Positions 47,756-57,813 of a stretch of 64,000 bases of DNA are shown one piece after another. The stretch is from a virus, in IMG/VR virus record IMGVR_UViG_3300029267_001718, positions 15,594-79,593 of that record. The stretch is one strand, 5' to 3'. Made by a program: the position numbers and the translations under genes. Within the stretch, counting starts at the first letter, position 1; each line of letters begins with the position of its first letter. Below the pieces are notes generated by a model. The model did not search any database, was not told the origin of the DNA, and was given only the letters and a program-made list of their open reading frames with translations.

Positions 47756-50155
47756 ATGCCTTGGACAACTCACTACAAACCAATCGAGCGAGACGACCGC
47801 GAGTTCGGATTCATCGATGAATCCCTCCGGATGAATGAAGCCGCTGATCGTCGGATGCGAGGCTCGTCGATGTCGGCGGAATGGTTTCGCGGACGTTCGA
47901 AAAAATCGTCGGCGGAGGGCGTGGTTTTTGAGTTGATGCGAATTCGCGAAACGATTCGTAATCTTCTCAAAATTCACGGAGTGCCGAACGGCACGCGGAT
48001 CGATATCGCGACAATGGCAGCGGGTGCACGGGGAGCCGCTGGTTTTGATCGCATCAGCGATTTCTCAGGTCCGCATCTGGTTCTGGACAAAACGATTTAC
48101 GAGGTCTGCGAGTCGAACGAAATGCTCGACGTGTACTGCGGTGCAGCGATCCACGAGGCAGAACACCTGAACGAAACTCGACTCATGTTCAATCTGATGG
48201 AGTCGGGTGAGTTGCGTGGTGTTCTCCAACTGTTCTATAACTTGTGGGAGGATGAACGGATCGAGGCGACGGGTCGCGAGCGGTCTCCTGGGTACGCTCC
48301 CTACCTCCAAGCGTGCAAGCGTGCGTTGTTCGAAAAGAAAGAATTCGGATCGGCTATCGATAACTGGAAGAATCTGCCTGATAAGGACAAGATCCTGGCT
48401 ATCATCTTCGGATTCGTCCGGACGCCTTACCGACTCACCGACGCACAACGCGAGTGGACAACAATAGCGGGGGAATGCCCGTTCACGATTCTGCGAAACG
48501 AGTTCGCCGAATTCCCCAAGGATGAGAATGCGGTGCACGATTACGCGAAACGCACTTTCAACATTTTCAATGAGTTGTGTGACGCGTATGACGGCAAGGA
48601 TGAATCGATGGCCGAGGATTTGGCCAAGGCTCTGAAAGAAATGATGGGTGACGATGATGACTCCACCGAAACGGAAGAAACTGACGGCGGAAGCGGCTCG
48701 TGCGGCTCTGGCGAAAACGACGGCGACGAGCCCGCTGGAGGAACTGGTTCTGCCGAAGGATTCGGTGATGAAACCGAAACGGGCGAAGGCGGATCGGGTG
48801 GAGCCGGTGGTTCCGACTCCGACGATGGAACCGAAGCCGATGGAACTGGAGACGACTCCGACGACGCCGAAGGAACGTCGGAAACTGGCGAATCGAAAAC
48901 GGAAACGGAAGTGACCGATAAGGAAGTTCGCGAAATGGCGAAACGTCTGAAACGACAAGCCAAGGCGGACGCGGCGGACAAAAAACTGGAGGAACTTGAT
49001 TCGAAATCGGATAAGAAAATCGATGCTGCTGAATCGAAAATGAAAAAGGTCGACACTCCGGAGAAAATGGAGCACGCGATGAAGTCGGGCAAGTCGACTG
49101 CTCCGACTGCATCTGCATCCCGCGAAACTGCCAAACGTGCGAAAGATAACCGGGGTGAGAAACGGATCGGCAAACGTTTCGGTGTCTCGGATCTGAAGCG
49201 GATGATTGAGCGGCTCGACTCGGTCTCCACTCCATTGGATTGCAGCGAATCTGAGTGCCTTGCCAAAGCCGAATCGGAGCGTGTGGAATTCGGCGAATCT
49301 TGGGTCAATCCGGACGGGTACGCAGACGACAAGCGGCGGACGGTCATCTCGCATCCCGTTGCAACGGACGTGGGAAACAAGCGACGATACGACGCGGCGA
49401 AAAAAGCGGTCAAGGAACACGTCCAAAAAATGAAACAAGTCTTCCAATTCCGCAAGGGTACGCGGCACTTCACCGAAACCCAAAAAATTGAGGGACGCCT
49501 GTCACGCCGAATGATCGGGTCAGCCAAGGCGACCAAACGCATCTTCCAAACCCACTACAAGAAAACGGCCAAAGGGCTGTCGCTGTGTCTCGTGCTCGAT
49601 GAATCCGGCAGCATGGGAACGGCGGACGTTTACGGCGGTGAGCTTTCCACGACGCGGGCAGGGATCGCTTTGCGGGTTGCGACTCTGATCGTCGAAGCCC
49701 TTCGGAATGTCGACGGGATTGAGTTGGAGGTTTATTCGTACGGATCTTGCGGAACGAATCACGCCGACAATCACATGAAGTATCTGTACGGTCGGGAGAA
49801 TGCCGATCCCACGTCGATTGGCGGGTATCACCACAGCGGCCAGAATTACGATCACCAAGCAATCGCGGAAGCCGGTCGACTGTTCAAAAAGAACACCGAA
49901 AACGAGAACCGTCTTATGATCGTCCTGAGCGATGGTGCTCCCTGTGGTCACGGGTACGGCGGAATGGAGGCGATTCGTGCCACCAAAAAATCGGTCGATG
50001 ACTTGGAGCGACAAGGCGTGAAGGTTGTTCAAGTCGCTATCGATTCCTTCGACTCGAAATCGATGTTCAAGAACGTGATTAAGTTTCTCGATTTGAACGA
50101 TCTAATCAACAACATGCGGAGACTCGTGACGCGAGTCGTACAATCTATAAGCTGA
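47756..50155 (+). CDS. CobT-like protein: HExxH metallopeptidase-like N-terminus, acidic linker, C-terminal VWA domain
   Basis: IHEAEH...NLWEDERIE; MIDAS LVLDESGSM; IVLSDGAP. Confidence 0.85.
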   Translation: MPWTTHYKPIERDDREFGFIDESLRMNEAADRRMRGSSMSAEWFRGRSKKSSAEGVVFELMRIRETIRNLLKIHGVPNGTRIDIATMAAGARGAAGFDRISDFSGPHLVLDKTIYEVCESNEMLDVYCGAAIHEAEHLNETRLMFNLMESGELRGVLQLFYNLWEDERIEATGRERSPGYAPYLQACKRALFEKKEFGSAIDNWKNLPDKDKILAIIFGFVRTPYRLTDAQREWTTIAGECPFTILRNEFAEFPKDENAVHDYAKRTFNIFNELCDAYDGKDESMAEDLAKALKEMMGDDDDSTETEETDGGSGSCGSGENDGDEPAGGTGSAEGFGDETETGEGGSGGAGGSDSDDGTEADGTGDDSDDAEGTSETGESKTETEVTDKEVREMAKRLKRQAKADAADKKLEELDSKSDKKIDAAESKMKKVDTPEKMEHAMKSGKSTAPTASASRETAKRAKDNRGEKRIGKRFGVSDLKRMIERLDSVSTPLDCSESECLAKAESERVEFGESWVNPDGYADDKRRTVISHPVATDVGNKRRYDAAKKAVKEHVQKMKQVFQFRKGTRHFTETQKIEGRLSRRMIGSAKATKRIFQTHYKKTAKGLSLCLVLDESGSMGTADVYGGELSTTRAGIALRVATLIVEALRNVDGIELEVYSYGSCGTNHADNHMKYLYGRENADPTSIGGYHHSGQNYDHQAIAEAGRLFKKNTENENRLMIVLSDGAPCGHGYGGMEAIRATKKSVDDLERQGVKVVQVAIDSFDSKSMFKNVIKFLDLNDLINNMRRLVTRVVQSIS

Positions 50156-50169
50156 CTCCTGTTTGGTGT

Positions 50170-50215
50170 GCTCGGGGGTAGTGGTTATCCCGTCCACTCC
50201 CCCGAGCCCTTTTTT
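50170..50215 (+). terminator. Intrinsic terminator
   Basis: GCTCGGGGGTAGTGG...CCACTCCCCCGAGC then CCTTTTTT. Confidence 0.75.
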
Positions 50216-50242
50216 GAATAGTGTCCCCGGGGACACACAACG

Positions 50243-50626
50243 ATGGAGAAAATGATGGAACCTCAAACAAATGGAAAAAAGCAGAAGGCGTTGGTCGCGG
50301 TCGTTGGGATCATCTTCGGCGGGTTGCTCGGTTGGATGGGACACGACGAGTTTGGAGCCCAAGTAGATCCTGCTCTCGAAATGCCTCTTCGGATGCAACT
50401 GCAGGCGGAGTACGCACAACCGATCTTGATCGAGGATACAGAAGTGACGCGGTCGCTCCGGTCGACTCCCGCTCTGACTCAATTGCTGGAGCTCCACAGC
50501 GTCCCTGTAGCACAGCGAACCGAAATCGCGAACTTCGTATCGTTCCGAATCTCGAAGGCGTTTCTGGCGGGTAAACAGTCCGCTGGTGAAATGCCCGTTG
50601 GTCGGCCTGTTGGCGATGGGAGATAG
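50243..50626 (+). CDS. Membrane-anchored hypothetical protein
   Basis: N-terminal TM segment ALVAVVGIIFGGLLGW. Confidence 0.5.
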   Translation: MEKMMEPQTNGKKQKALVAVVGIIFGGLLGWMGHDEFGAQVDPALEMPLRMQLQAEYAQPILIEDTEVTRSLRSTPALTQLLELHSVPVAQRTEIANFVSFRISKAFLAGKQSAGEMPVGRPVGDGR

Positions 50627-50628
50627 GG

Positions 50629-51228
50629 ATGCACTCGGACAACGAACGTCAATACTTTCTGAGCACTGCCAAGCAGCATACAGATCCGCTGCGGAAATTG
50701 GACTACTCACACCCGTCCAGGCAGTCGGCACGCTTCAAAGGGATTCTGGACGCTCTACAGCACGTGGACGGGGTAGAATCCGTTCTGGATGTCGGGTGTG
50801 GGTTCGGAGATTTCTATCCGTGGGCGACTGCACATTGGCCAAGCCTCAAGGATTACTACGGAATCGATATCATTCCGGAGTTCGTGCAGGGTGCTCGGGA
50901 CAAGTACGAGGGTGCATCGTGGACGGTCAACACGGTTGCCGATCTTCCCGTGGAGGAAGCCTACGATGTGGCGATTGCGATAGGCATGTTCACGAAGAAA
51001 ACCGAGGGCTGGTCGGATCTTCTAATGCGCACGATTGGGGGGATGTGGGTGCGTGCTCGCAAAGCGGTAGCGTTCACAACTCTGTCGTCGAATATGTGGA
51101 AGCCTCGTGAGATTGATGCTACAATCAGCCCGCAGGATTTGATGAAACTGATCGGTCCTGGGGACAATAGTTTTTCGATGCATCGGGTCGAGCCCCCTTA
51201 CGTGAACATCACGGCGATATTCAAATGA
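50629..51228 (+). CDS. Class I SAM-dependent methyltransferase
   Basis: SVLDVGCGFG...YYGIDI...YDVAIAIG. Confidence 0.85.
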   Translation: MHSDNERQYFLSTAKQHTDPLRKLDYSHPSRQSARFKGILDALQHVDGVESVLDVGCGFGDFYPWATAHWPSLKDYYGIDIIPEFVQGARDKYEGASWTVNTVADLPVEEAYDVAIAIGMFTKKTEGWSDLLMRTIGGMWVRARKAVAFTTLSSNMWKPREIDATISPQDLMKLIGPGDNSFSMHRVEPPYVNITAIFK

Positions 51229-51461
51229 GCGGACGCCAAAAAGTTTCGGTATGGATTCCGGATGAGCTTGCGTGGATCTTCGATGAAGTCGATGCGATTC
51301 ACAACGGATTCATGGCAGCAGGGTTGCCAATCACCAAAAGCGAAATCTGGCGACGGATCATTGTGCGAGGAATGAGCGATGGCGAACGAACGTGTGATCG
51401 TTGTGTTTCGGCGAGAGGACGAGTGGTTGCACGATTGCCTGACACGGATCGTGGAGACTAA
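51225..51461 (+). CDS. Ribbon-helix-helix-like DNA-binding protein
   Basis: KVSVWIPDEL...TKSEIWRRII. Confidence 0.5.
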   Translation: MSGRQKVSVWIPDELAWIFDEVDAIHNGFMAAGLPITKSEIWRRIIVRGMSDGERTCDRCVSARGRVVARLPDTDRGD

Positions 51462-51597
51462 AAAGGCTGCGGGTTTCGCGTCGTCACTAAGCTACGAACT
51501 CGTGCGACTGGCGAAGAACGGATTGACTGGAAGTATGGACGGGGCGGAAACGGATCGCAAAATTCTGAGGCCCACTGATGGCACGAAAAAATCCTGA
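51379..51597 (+). CDS. Small RHH-like protein
   Basis: RVIVVFRREDEWL...SLSYELVRL. Confidence 0.4.
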   Translation: MANERVIVVFRREDEWLHDCLTRIVETKKAAGFASSLSYELVRLAKNGLTGSMDGAETDRKILRPTDGTKKS

Positions 51598-51865
51598 GAT
51601 ATACATCGTAACAGGAGCCCAAGGCGACGTGGGTGTTGCGGATCTGCACGTGTTGCGATCTGACGCAGCGGATCGTTCAAGTAAAGACTTTGAAGCGGAT
51701 GCGGTGGTTGTTCGTACGCTACTGCGTCGGCACTTTCCCGTAGCAACTGTGAGGGCATTGCTGAGGATATTGATGGATGATATGCCTCTTCGGGTTGTTG
51801 AAAACGTTTTAGAAAATCCGGAAGTGGTCGATCAAATTGTGAAAGAGGCTTGGGAGAAAGCGTGA
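51578..51865 (+). CDS. Hypothetical protein
   Basis: Operonic position. Confidence 0.45.
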   Translation: MARKNPEIYIVTGAQGDVGVADLHVLRSDAADRSSKDFEADAVVVRTLLRRHFPVATVRALLRILMDDMPLRVVENVLENPEVVDQIVKEAWEKA

Positions 51866-52374
51866 TGGAAAAACGAATTCCTGAACGTCAGCGAGCAATT
51901 CGGTTGGCTGACGACTTGCCTGAAGAACGTCAACGGGAGTGCGGGCGGTGCATCCTCTGTTGTAAAATTATGGCAGTGCCTCAGATCGACAAGCCTGAGT
52001 TGACGTGGTGCAAATATCTGGATCGTCGGCGGAAGTATTGCAAGAAATACGATGTTCGCCCGAAGGCTTGTCGGGAATTCAACTGCCTCTGGCTGATGGG
52101 AATGTTCGGCGAGAATGATAGCCCCGAGAATACGAACGTGGTCTTCTCGGTGAACAACCCGAAAGGCGATCTGATTCAGTGTATCATCGCATTCGAACTC
52201 TATGCCGGGGCAGCGAACGAGGGGCGAGCAAAACGGATCATCCAACGGGTTGTACTCAAGGGAGTACCTGTTATCATCGTCTACGGTGACGGGCGGAATC
52301 TGTTGCTGCCCGATGGTGTCAAAATAGAACAAGTAATCGAGACCGACAATGCTCCTACCGAGCCAACTGATTGA
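51865..52374 (+). CDS. YkgJ-like CxxCxxCC cysteine-cluster protein
   Basis: CGRCILCC...C.YL....C..YD.RP.ACREFNC.W. Confidence 0.75.
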   Translation: MEKRIPERQRAIRLADDLPEERQRECGRCILCCKIMAVPQIDKPELTWCKYLDRRRKYCKKYDVRPKACREFNCLWLMGMFGENDSPENTNVVFSVNNPKGDLIQCIIAFELYAGAANEGRAKRIIQRVVLKGVPVIIVYGDGRNLLLPDGVKIEQVIETDNAPTEPTD

Positions 52375-52654
52375 ACGTTTCTCGGACTTCCTTCGGGAGT
52401 TTTACGGGATTCAACTGAAGGTGCACGACGAGCCTTGGAGGGACGAGGTTGCTCGGTTCATGCTTGGCGAACGTTTGGCGGTGATTCGAATGCCGTCGCA
52501 AGAATCACGCGGCGAAGACACGCCGTTGGTTTATGATCTGGTTTGCGGTGACAAGGATAAGTTGGTCGAACTGGAAAAGGTTTGGTCTCGATCTATTATG
52601 GAGGAAATCAATGCTGACAAATCCGCTGACGGGGGCGAGGTTCGATCTGACTGA
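52349..52654 (+). CDS. Hypothetical protein
   Basis: Operonic position. Confidence 0.4.
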   Translation: MLLPSQLIERFSDFLREFYGIQLKVHDEPWRDEVARFMLGERLAVIRMPSQESRGEDTPLVYDLVCGDKDKLVELEKVWSRSIMEEINADKSADGGEVRSD

Positions 52655-53126
52655 AGATTATGTCGAATCGCTCATTGAATCGCTCAAGACGGTACGCGTC
52701 GAACAAGCACGTGCAAATCATCGTGAGGCTACGATCCTCACGGCGATGAACGACTTAGTCGGCGAACCCGACAAGACTCGCGGAACATTGCAAGCGGACG
52801 GTCGAACGCACTGCATCAAAGTGACGCGGCGGGAGAACATCAAATACGCGAAGGAACGCGGTGCGGTGCATCCGCTCAAGTTGCTCTTGGACGGCAATCC
52901 GGATCTGGAGAAAATGGTTCGGATCGACTATTCTGAAAGCGGTGCGAAGGTTCGGACGTTTCTCGAAAACGCTGACAAACTTCCCGCCGAAGGAAACGAA
53001 CGCATCAAAGCGATTGCTGCAGAGATTCGGCAAACTCGAATCGTGACTGCGGGTAAGGTCGGGATCGAAATCAAGGATCTGGAACTACCGCAAACGGAGG
53101 TTGACTTTGGAGACGGCGAAGACTGA
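52611..53126 (+). CDS. Hypothetical protein
   Basis: GGAGG RBS before ATG at 52611. Confidence 0.55.
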   Translation: MLTNPLTGARFDLTEDYVESLIESLKTVRVEQARANHREATILTAMNDLVGEPDKTRGTLQADGRTHCIKVTRRENIKYAKERGAVHPLKLLLDGNPDLEKMVRIDYSESGAKVRTFLENADKLPAEGNERIKAIAAEIRQTRIVTAGKVGIEIKDLELPQTEVDFGDGED

Positions 53127-53252
53127 CGAATTCGTGGTGATGTTCAAAACGGGCAACGGTTGGGAGATAGCCCCAGTCGGCTCGGCAAACGAATACACCT
53201 TCGCGAAAAAGGACGCAAAGAAATACGCTAAATCAGCGGCACAAGGAAGACA

Positions 53253-53633
53253 ATGGAAACTGGTTCCGGTAAAGAAGTTCCCCATGTGATTTTGATGTCG
53301 TTCGGTTTCAAGTACGGGCAACCGCAAGCGAACTATTTCTTTGACGTGGGATTCATTAAGAATCCAGCCCGACAAGATGGGTGGTCGTTCTTCGCGGAAA
53401 TCGATCAGACTATGCGGAACTACGTGCTCAGTCAACCTACCGTGCAGACGTTCATCAATCGCACTTGTCCTTTGCTGGTGCTGTTAGCTCAAATCGATCA
53501 GCAACAAGTTTTTGCGTTCGGTTGCAACGCTGGTCGTCACCGTTCCCCGATAGTCGTCGATGCGATGGCGGGATGTCTGGAACGTGAAGGGATCTCTTGT
53601 CACATTGAACATCGGGAGCTAGATCGATGCTAG
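53253..53633 (+). CDS. Stand-alone RapZ C-terminal-like domain protein
   Basis: SFGFKYG.P...FDV.FIKNP...FGCNAGRHRS...IEHREL. Confidence 0.8.
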   Translation: METGSGKEVPHVILMSFGFKYGQPQANYFFDVGFIKNPARQDGWSFFAEIDQTMRNYVLSQPTVQTFINRTCPLLVLLAQIDQQQVFAFGCNAGRHRSPIVVDAMAGCLEREGISCHIEHRELDRC

Positions 53634-54430
53634 ATGCAGTGATTGTTATCGTCAACCGGGATCGTCCTGACTTGGTGAAACAACAAATCCCAAATCTGCA
53701 CAAGTTCTCAGGCGATGCGAAATTCGAAACGTGCGTCGTCGAAATGGGGAGTGAGAACGTTAGCGAACACAAAACGATTTGGTACTCTGATCCTGCCTTC
53801 CGAGGGAAAGCGTTCGGTCACAACGTCGGTCTGCGGTTCTGTGAACTGCAGTACCAGTGGCAACCGCGAGCGTGGATCTTCCTGATGAACGATCTGCTCT
53901 TTGAAACGTGCTGGAGGCCGTTGGTCGACACGCTACACGCTTTCCCGAGCGTTGGTGTTTTGAGCCCGACGCAACCCGGGGCAGGTTATCCGAAATGTCA
54001 ACCCGAATCGCACCTAGAGCCGTTCCATGTAGTGACGACGTGCGACTACCTTTGCCTTGCTATGAGGCCGCAAGATTGTCGGGAAATCGGGTTTCTCAAT
54101 CCTGCCTTCCAGTATTGTTGGGGGGCGATACATGAGTTATCCTATTTGATGGGACGTGCGGGCAAGTCGGTAGCGTATCACGACCACGTTCACATGAAGC
54201 ATCTCGGCGGAACGACCTACGGGCAAGTTGCTTCGGTCTGCAGTCGGGTGGATTATGTTGCACGAGCAAAAGACTTTGCGGCGAACTACTTCGCGGTGAA
54301 CTACGGAAGTGACTGGGATCGACTGTTTTATGAGGCAATGCCGGTCAAGCCCGAGTGTAACACGTTCTCGATGCACAAGCGTTTTTGGGGCGAACCAAAA
54401 CTTACTCCCGCCGACGAACCGATAGGGTGA
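53627..54430 (+). CDS. Glycosyltransferase family 2-like
   Basis: VIVIVNRDRP...VVEMGS...GHNVG...FLMND...EIGFLNPAF...HLGGTT. Confidence 0.75.
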   Translation: MLDAVIVIVNRDRPDLVKQQIPNLHKFSGDAKFETCVVEMGSENVSEHKTIWYSDPAFRGKAFGHNVGLRFCELQYQWQPRAWIFLMNDLLFETCWRPLVDTLHAFPSVGVLSPTQPGAGYPKCQPESHLEPFHVVTTCDYLCLAMRPQDCREIGFLNPAFQYCWGAIHELSYLMGRAGKSVAYHDHVHMKHLGGTTYGQVASVCSRVDYVARAKDFAANYFAVNYGSDWDRLFYEAMPVKPECNTFSMHKRFWGEPKLTPADEPIG

Positions 54431-54433
54431 GCA

Positions 54434-55531
54434 ATGGGTGTCAACCACAAGCACAAATGTATCTTTGTTCACATCCCGAAGAACGCGGGCTGCAGCATTG
54501 TTGAGTCGGGAATCTGTGCGGACGGATACTGGGGACACGTGAAACTTGAGGGCACGTTTCGACTACACCCGGAGTATCGCGGGCAGTATTTCACCTTCTG
54601 TTTCGTTCGGAATCCGCGAGCCCGTCTTGTGTCGCTCTATCACTACTTCACACAGCTGAAGCCTGGGCATCGATGGTGGCATTCGAAGAATGAGGATCGG
54701 CAACGGATCGTGAAGGCGTTCGGCGACTTCACGACGTTCGTGAAACGATTCGAATCCAGTCCGTTGGCCGAGGATTTTCATTTCTCACCCCAAGCCGATT
54801 GGATCACTGATCCAGAGACGGGCGAATTGTTGGTTGACTACGTTGGACGATGCGAGGATCTGGCAAACTCCTGGGAGCATGTCTGCAAAACGACGGGATT
54901 CCCGGGCAAGCCGTTGGGTGTCGTCAACCGGTCTGAGCATAAGCCTTTTGCGTCATACTATACCCCCGAAACGTGGGATATAGCGGGCAGCATCTACGCG
55001 GCGGATTTCGAACTCTTGCCGAACTACGTGGCGGACTTCCCAGGCACGCGAGTATACCTCGGTTGCGGTCGGGATAAGCGTGTGGGGTGGATCAACGTGG
55101 ACATTAACGACGCACACAAACCTGATATTGTCGCGAATGCCAAGAAATTGCCGTTTGAAAGCTCCACAGTCGACGTGATGGAAGCCTGTCACCTTTTGGA
55201 ACATCTCACGCACGCCGACGCGGTCAAGGCTCTGGAAGAGGCGTACAGGGTTCTTCGCGACGGCGGGCGGTTGCTCTTGGAACTGCCGAATCTGGATCGA
55301 TGTGTAGAAATGCTGAAGTCGGACGATACCGAGGAAGCCCGTCTCGGGATGCTCGGTCTGTTTGGTCTGCCAAATAAGTATTTTGCTCACCTGTGGGGAT
55401 GGACGCCCGAAACACTCAGCACGGAGTTGACGAGGGTTGGATTTCGGAACGTGCAAAACGTGCCAATCACCCAATTGTGGAGAAAGGCATCAGCGTACAA
55501 TCGGGACATGCGATTGGAGGCTACGAAATGA
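54434..55531 (+). CDS. Sulfotransferase (family 2/CHST-like) fused to class I methyltransferase
   Basis: PAPS motif FVHIPKNAG, FVRNP..RLVS.Y, HF.PQ; C-terminal YLGCG...WINVD...HLLEHL...RVLRDGG. Confidence 0.85.
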   Translation: MGVNHKHKCIFVHIPKNAGCSIVESGICADGYWGHVKLEGTFRLHPEYRGQYFTFCFVRNPRARLVSLYHYFTQLKPGHRWWHSKNEDRQRIVKAFGDFTTFVKRFESSPLAEDFHFSPQADWITDPETGELLVDYVGRCEDLANSWEHVCKTTGFPGKPLGVVNRSEHKPFASYYTPETWDIAGSIYAADFELLPNYVADFPGTRVYLGCGRDKRVGWINVDINDAHKPDIVANAKKLPFESSTVDVMEACHLLEHLTHADAVKALEEAYRVLRDGGRLLLELPNLDRCVEMLKSDDTEEARLGMLGLFGLPNKYFAHLWGWTPETLSTELTRVGFRNVQNVPITQLWRKASAYNRDMRLEATK

Positions 55532-56214
55532 GCAATTTCGGCGAACTCTTCGACAGGATCTTCGTTGTCAATCTGTGGGGCGAGTGTCGAGATCGGCGGT
55601 TGTCGATTGTGCGACAATTTCATCAGCTTGGCGTGACGAACTACGAGTTCATCCCGGGAATCAATGGTCGACTCCAAAACAAGGAAGATCTCATCACGAC
55701 GGGACGACTCGTGCAACAAACTTGGGAGCCTTACAAGTGGCTCAACACGGGTGAGATTGGCTGTCTGATGTCGCACCAAATCATCTGGAAGGAAACGATT
55801 CACCGCGAGTATCGGCGAGTGTTGGTAGTTGAAGATGACGCGTCGTTTACGATGGACGCCAACGCGGTTTTCGATGAGTGTTTTGCTCACTTGCCAAGCG
55901 ATTGGGATATCGTGCATTTCCATTCGCATTCTGGAGACATGAACGACCCGGGCAAGCCTCGCGAGCATCTATCTGGAAACATCTATCGCGGAAACAACGA
56001 GTCGGGCGGAACGCTCTGCTATGCGATCAAACAGCGTTCGGCGAATCAATGCCTGTCATGGTCACATCCGATGAAGGCGGCAGCTGACGGGGTTACAAAT
56101 TGGTTCTCCGGATATTGGGATGAGTGCCAAGGTTTCAACGGTTATATCGTGCACCCGTTCCCCTGTCGCCCGGGTAAATTTCAAAGCCTGATCGTGGACA
56201 GCCCAGAAGAATGA
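55528..56214 (+). CDS. Glycosyltransferase family 25
   Basis: IFVVNL....DRR...GEIGCLMSH..IW...VLVVEDDA. Confidence 0.88.
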   Translation: MSNFGELFDRIFVVNLWGECRDRRLSIVRQFHQLGVTNYEFIPGINGRLQNKEDLITTGRLVQQTWEPYKWLNTGEIGCLMSHQIIWKETIHREYRRVLVVEDDASFTMDANAVFDECFAHLPSDWDIVHFHSHSGDMNDPGKPREHLSGNIYRGNNESGGTLCYAIKQRSANQCLSWSHPMKAAADGVTNWFSGYWDECQGFNGYIVHPFPCRPGKFQSLIVDSPEE

Positions 56215-56933
56215 CTTCGTTTCTGATTGCCGCACGTCCTCGGAGCGGTTCGCACTTGCTCCGAGACTGTCTCGAAAAGCACCCCGACGTTCGCTGCATG
56301 GACGAATGTTTCAACCGAAAATCCGTGCAGAATTCCGGCAAGTCGGCGGAGCAATGGTTCTCTGAAATCTTCGCCGAGCCGAAGAAATGCTCGGGATTCA
56401 TTTTGCACTACGACAACGCACGTCAAGGCAAGTACGCGGAAGTGCGGGCGATGATGAAATCACGCGACGTAGATTACCGTGTTTTGCGGATGCACCGTAA
56501 GGATCTGTTCGCAATGTACGTGTCGAAAGTGCAAGCAATCGCGAAGGGAAAATGGACGCTTTGGGATGACGAGGAACGCGTTCCGGACGATGTGAAATTT
56601 GAGATCAATATCAACGATATGTTTCAGTATTTCGTCAACACCCACAACGCGTTTATGACAGACCTATGCGAGATCTACGTGCAACAACCTGTTCTTCCGG
56701 TTGCCTACGAGGACATGGTTGAAAGCCTCGACAGCACTATGTCGGACGTGTGGGAATTCCTCGGATTGAAGCACGTTCGGGTCAAACCTCGCACAGTAAA
56801 ACAAGTTCGCAAACCGATCAACCAACTGGTTGAAAATTACTGGGATTGTGTTGAAGCAATTCGGCGTGTCGCTGACTGGAAGTTTCTCCTGCAATACAAA
56901 CCACGTTGGGAAAAAGCCCCAGAATCGGTCTAA
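56211..56933 (+). CDS. Stf0-like sulfotransferase
   Basis: ARPRSGSHLL...HP...E.F; R.DLFAMYVS; VAYEDM...FLG. Confidence 0.8.
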   Translation: MTSFLIAARPRSGSHLLRDCLEKHPDVRCMDECFNRKSVQNSGKSAEQWFSEIFAEPKKCSGFILHYDNARQGKYAEVRAMMKSRDVDYRVLRMHRKDLFAMYVSKVQAIAKGKWTLWDDEERVPDDVKFEININDMFQYFVNTHNAFMTDLCEIYVQQPVLPVAYEDMVESLDSTMSDVWEFLGLKHVRVKPRTVKQVRKPINQLVENYWDCVEAIRRVADWKFLLQYKPRWEKAPESV

Positions 56934-57211
56934 TGGTACGCAATTACACACCCGTCGATCAAAAGGCACAGCAATGGGCCAAAGTGTTCAAAATCATTCG
57001 CAGCCACTCGGCGAACGGGATTGCTGTCTATGATTTGGCGGAGGAATTGGGTTTGGACAAGGGTGACAAATCGCTCGCAAAAACGATAGATCTGCTCGAA
57101 AAACAGGGCAGAATACGACTCTCGATTGGCGGGTCAAAAAGCGGTCTTGTTTGTCGGGTTGTTCAAGCGGTCGAATTACCGGACACGAAAACGGAGGACG
57201 AAAATGAGTGA
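56933..57211 (+). CDS. Winged-helix DNA-binding protein
   Basis: GIAVYDLAEELGL...LAKTIDLLEKQGRIR. Confidence 0.55.
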   Translation: MVRNYTPVDQKAQQWAKVFKIIRSHSANGIAVYDLAEELGLDKGDKSLAKTIDLLEKQGRIRLSIGGSKSGLVCRVVQAVELPDTKTEDENE

Positions 57212-57650
57212 TAAACTCTTGATTGTGATGGTCGGTTTCCCTCGCTCTGGGAAGACGACATGGGCACGTGAGCAAAAAGTTCCAATCGTCAATCCTGACT
57301 CGATTCGGTTAGCGATTCACGGTAAACCGTTCATCGGATTGGCGGAGCCTTTGGTGTGGGCGACGGCGAAGATCATGGTGCGAGCGTTGTTCCTGGCGGG
57401 ACACAACTGCGTCATTCTGGACGCGACGAACGTAACACGCCAGCGGCGAGACGATTGGCGAAGTTCATCGTGGGACACTCAATTCAAACACATGCACACG
57501 AATCAGGACGTGTGTCGTGAGCGTATTATGCAAATCGATGACACGGAACGAAGGCTCGGTTTGCTTGGAGCGTTGGGGAAAATGTACGCTCAATTCGAAC
57601 CTCTTGGCGAGGACGAAACAGCGTATTTTGGGGTTCCTTCGGAGCTCTGA
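57204..57650 (+). CDS. P-loop kinase (AAA_33/polynucleotide-kinase-like)
   Basis: VMVGFPRSGKTTWA...VNPDSIR...ILDATN...RR. Confidence 0.8.
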   Translation: MSDKLLIVMVGFPRSGKTTWAREQKVPIVNPDSIRLAIHGKPFIGLAEPLVWATAKIMVRALFLAGHNCVILDATNVTRQRRDDWRSSSWDTQFKHMHTNQDVCRERIMQIDDTERRLGLLGALGKMYAQFEPLGEDETAYFGVPSEL

Positions 57651-57813
57651 TGGTGATACCATTTCACCACTCTACACGACGGCGAAAAAAGACATGAGAT
57701 TTCGACACTGATCGGCGAATTTATGATTTAGCCCCACCAATGGGGATGAGGCAAAATGCGAAAAAATCACCTTTCTCGGGAGTGTCCCCGGGGACACTGA
57801 AAAACGGATCACA

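Noticed and set aside
48065-49542. Long minus-strand ORFs (also 3596-4267, 4236-5180, 17516-18457, 30577-31503)
   Set aside because: Shadows of well-supported plus-strand genes; no motifs or RBS
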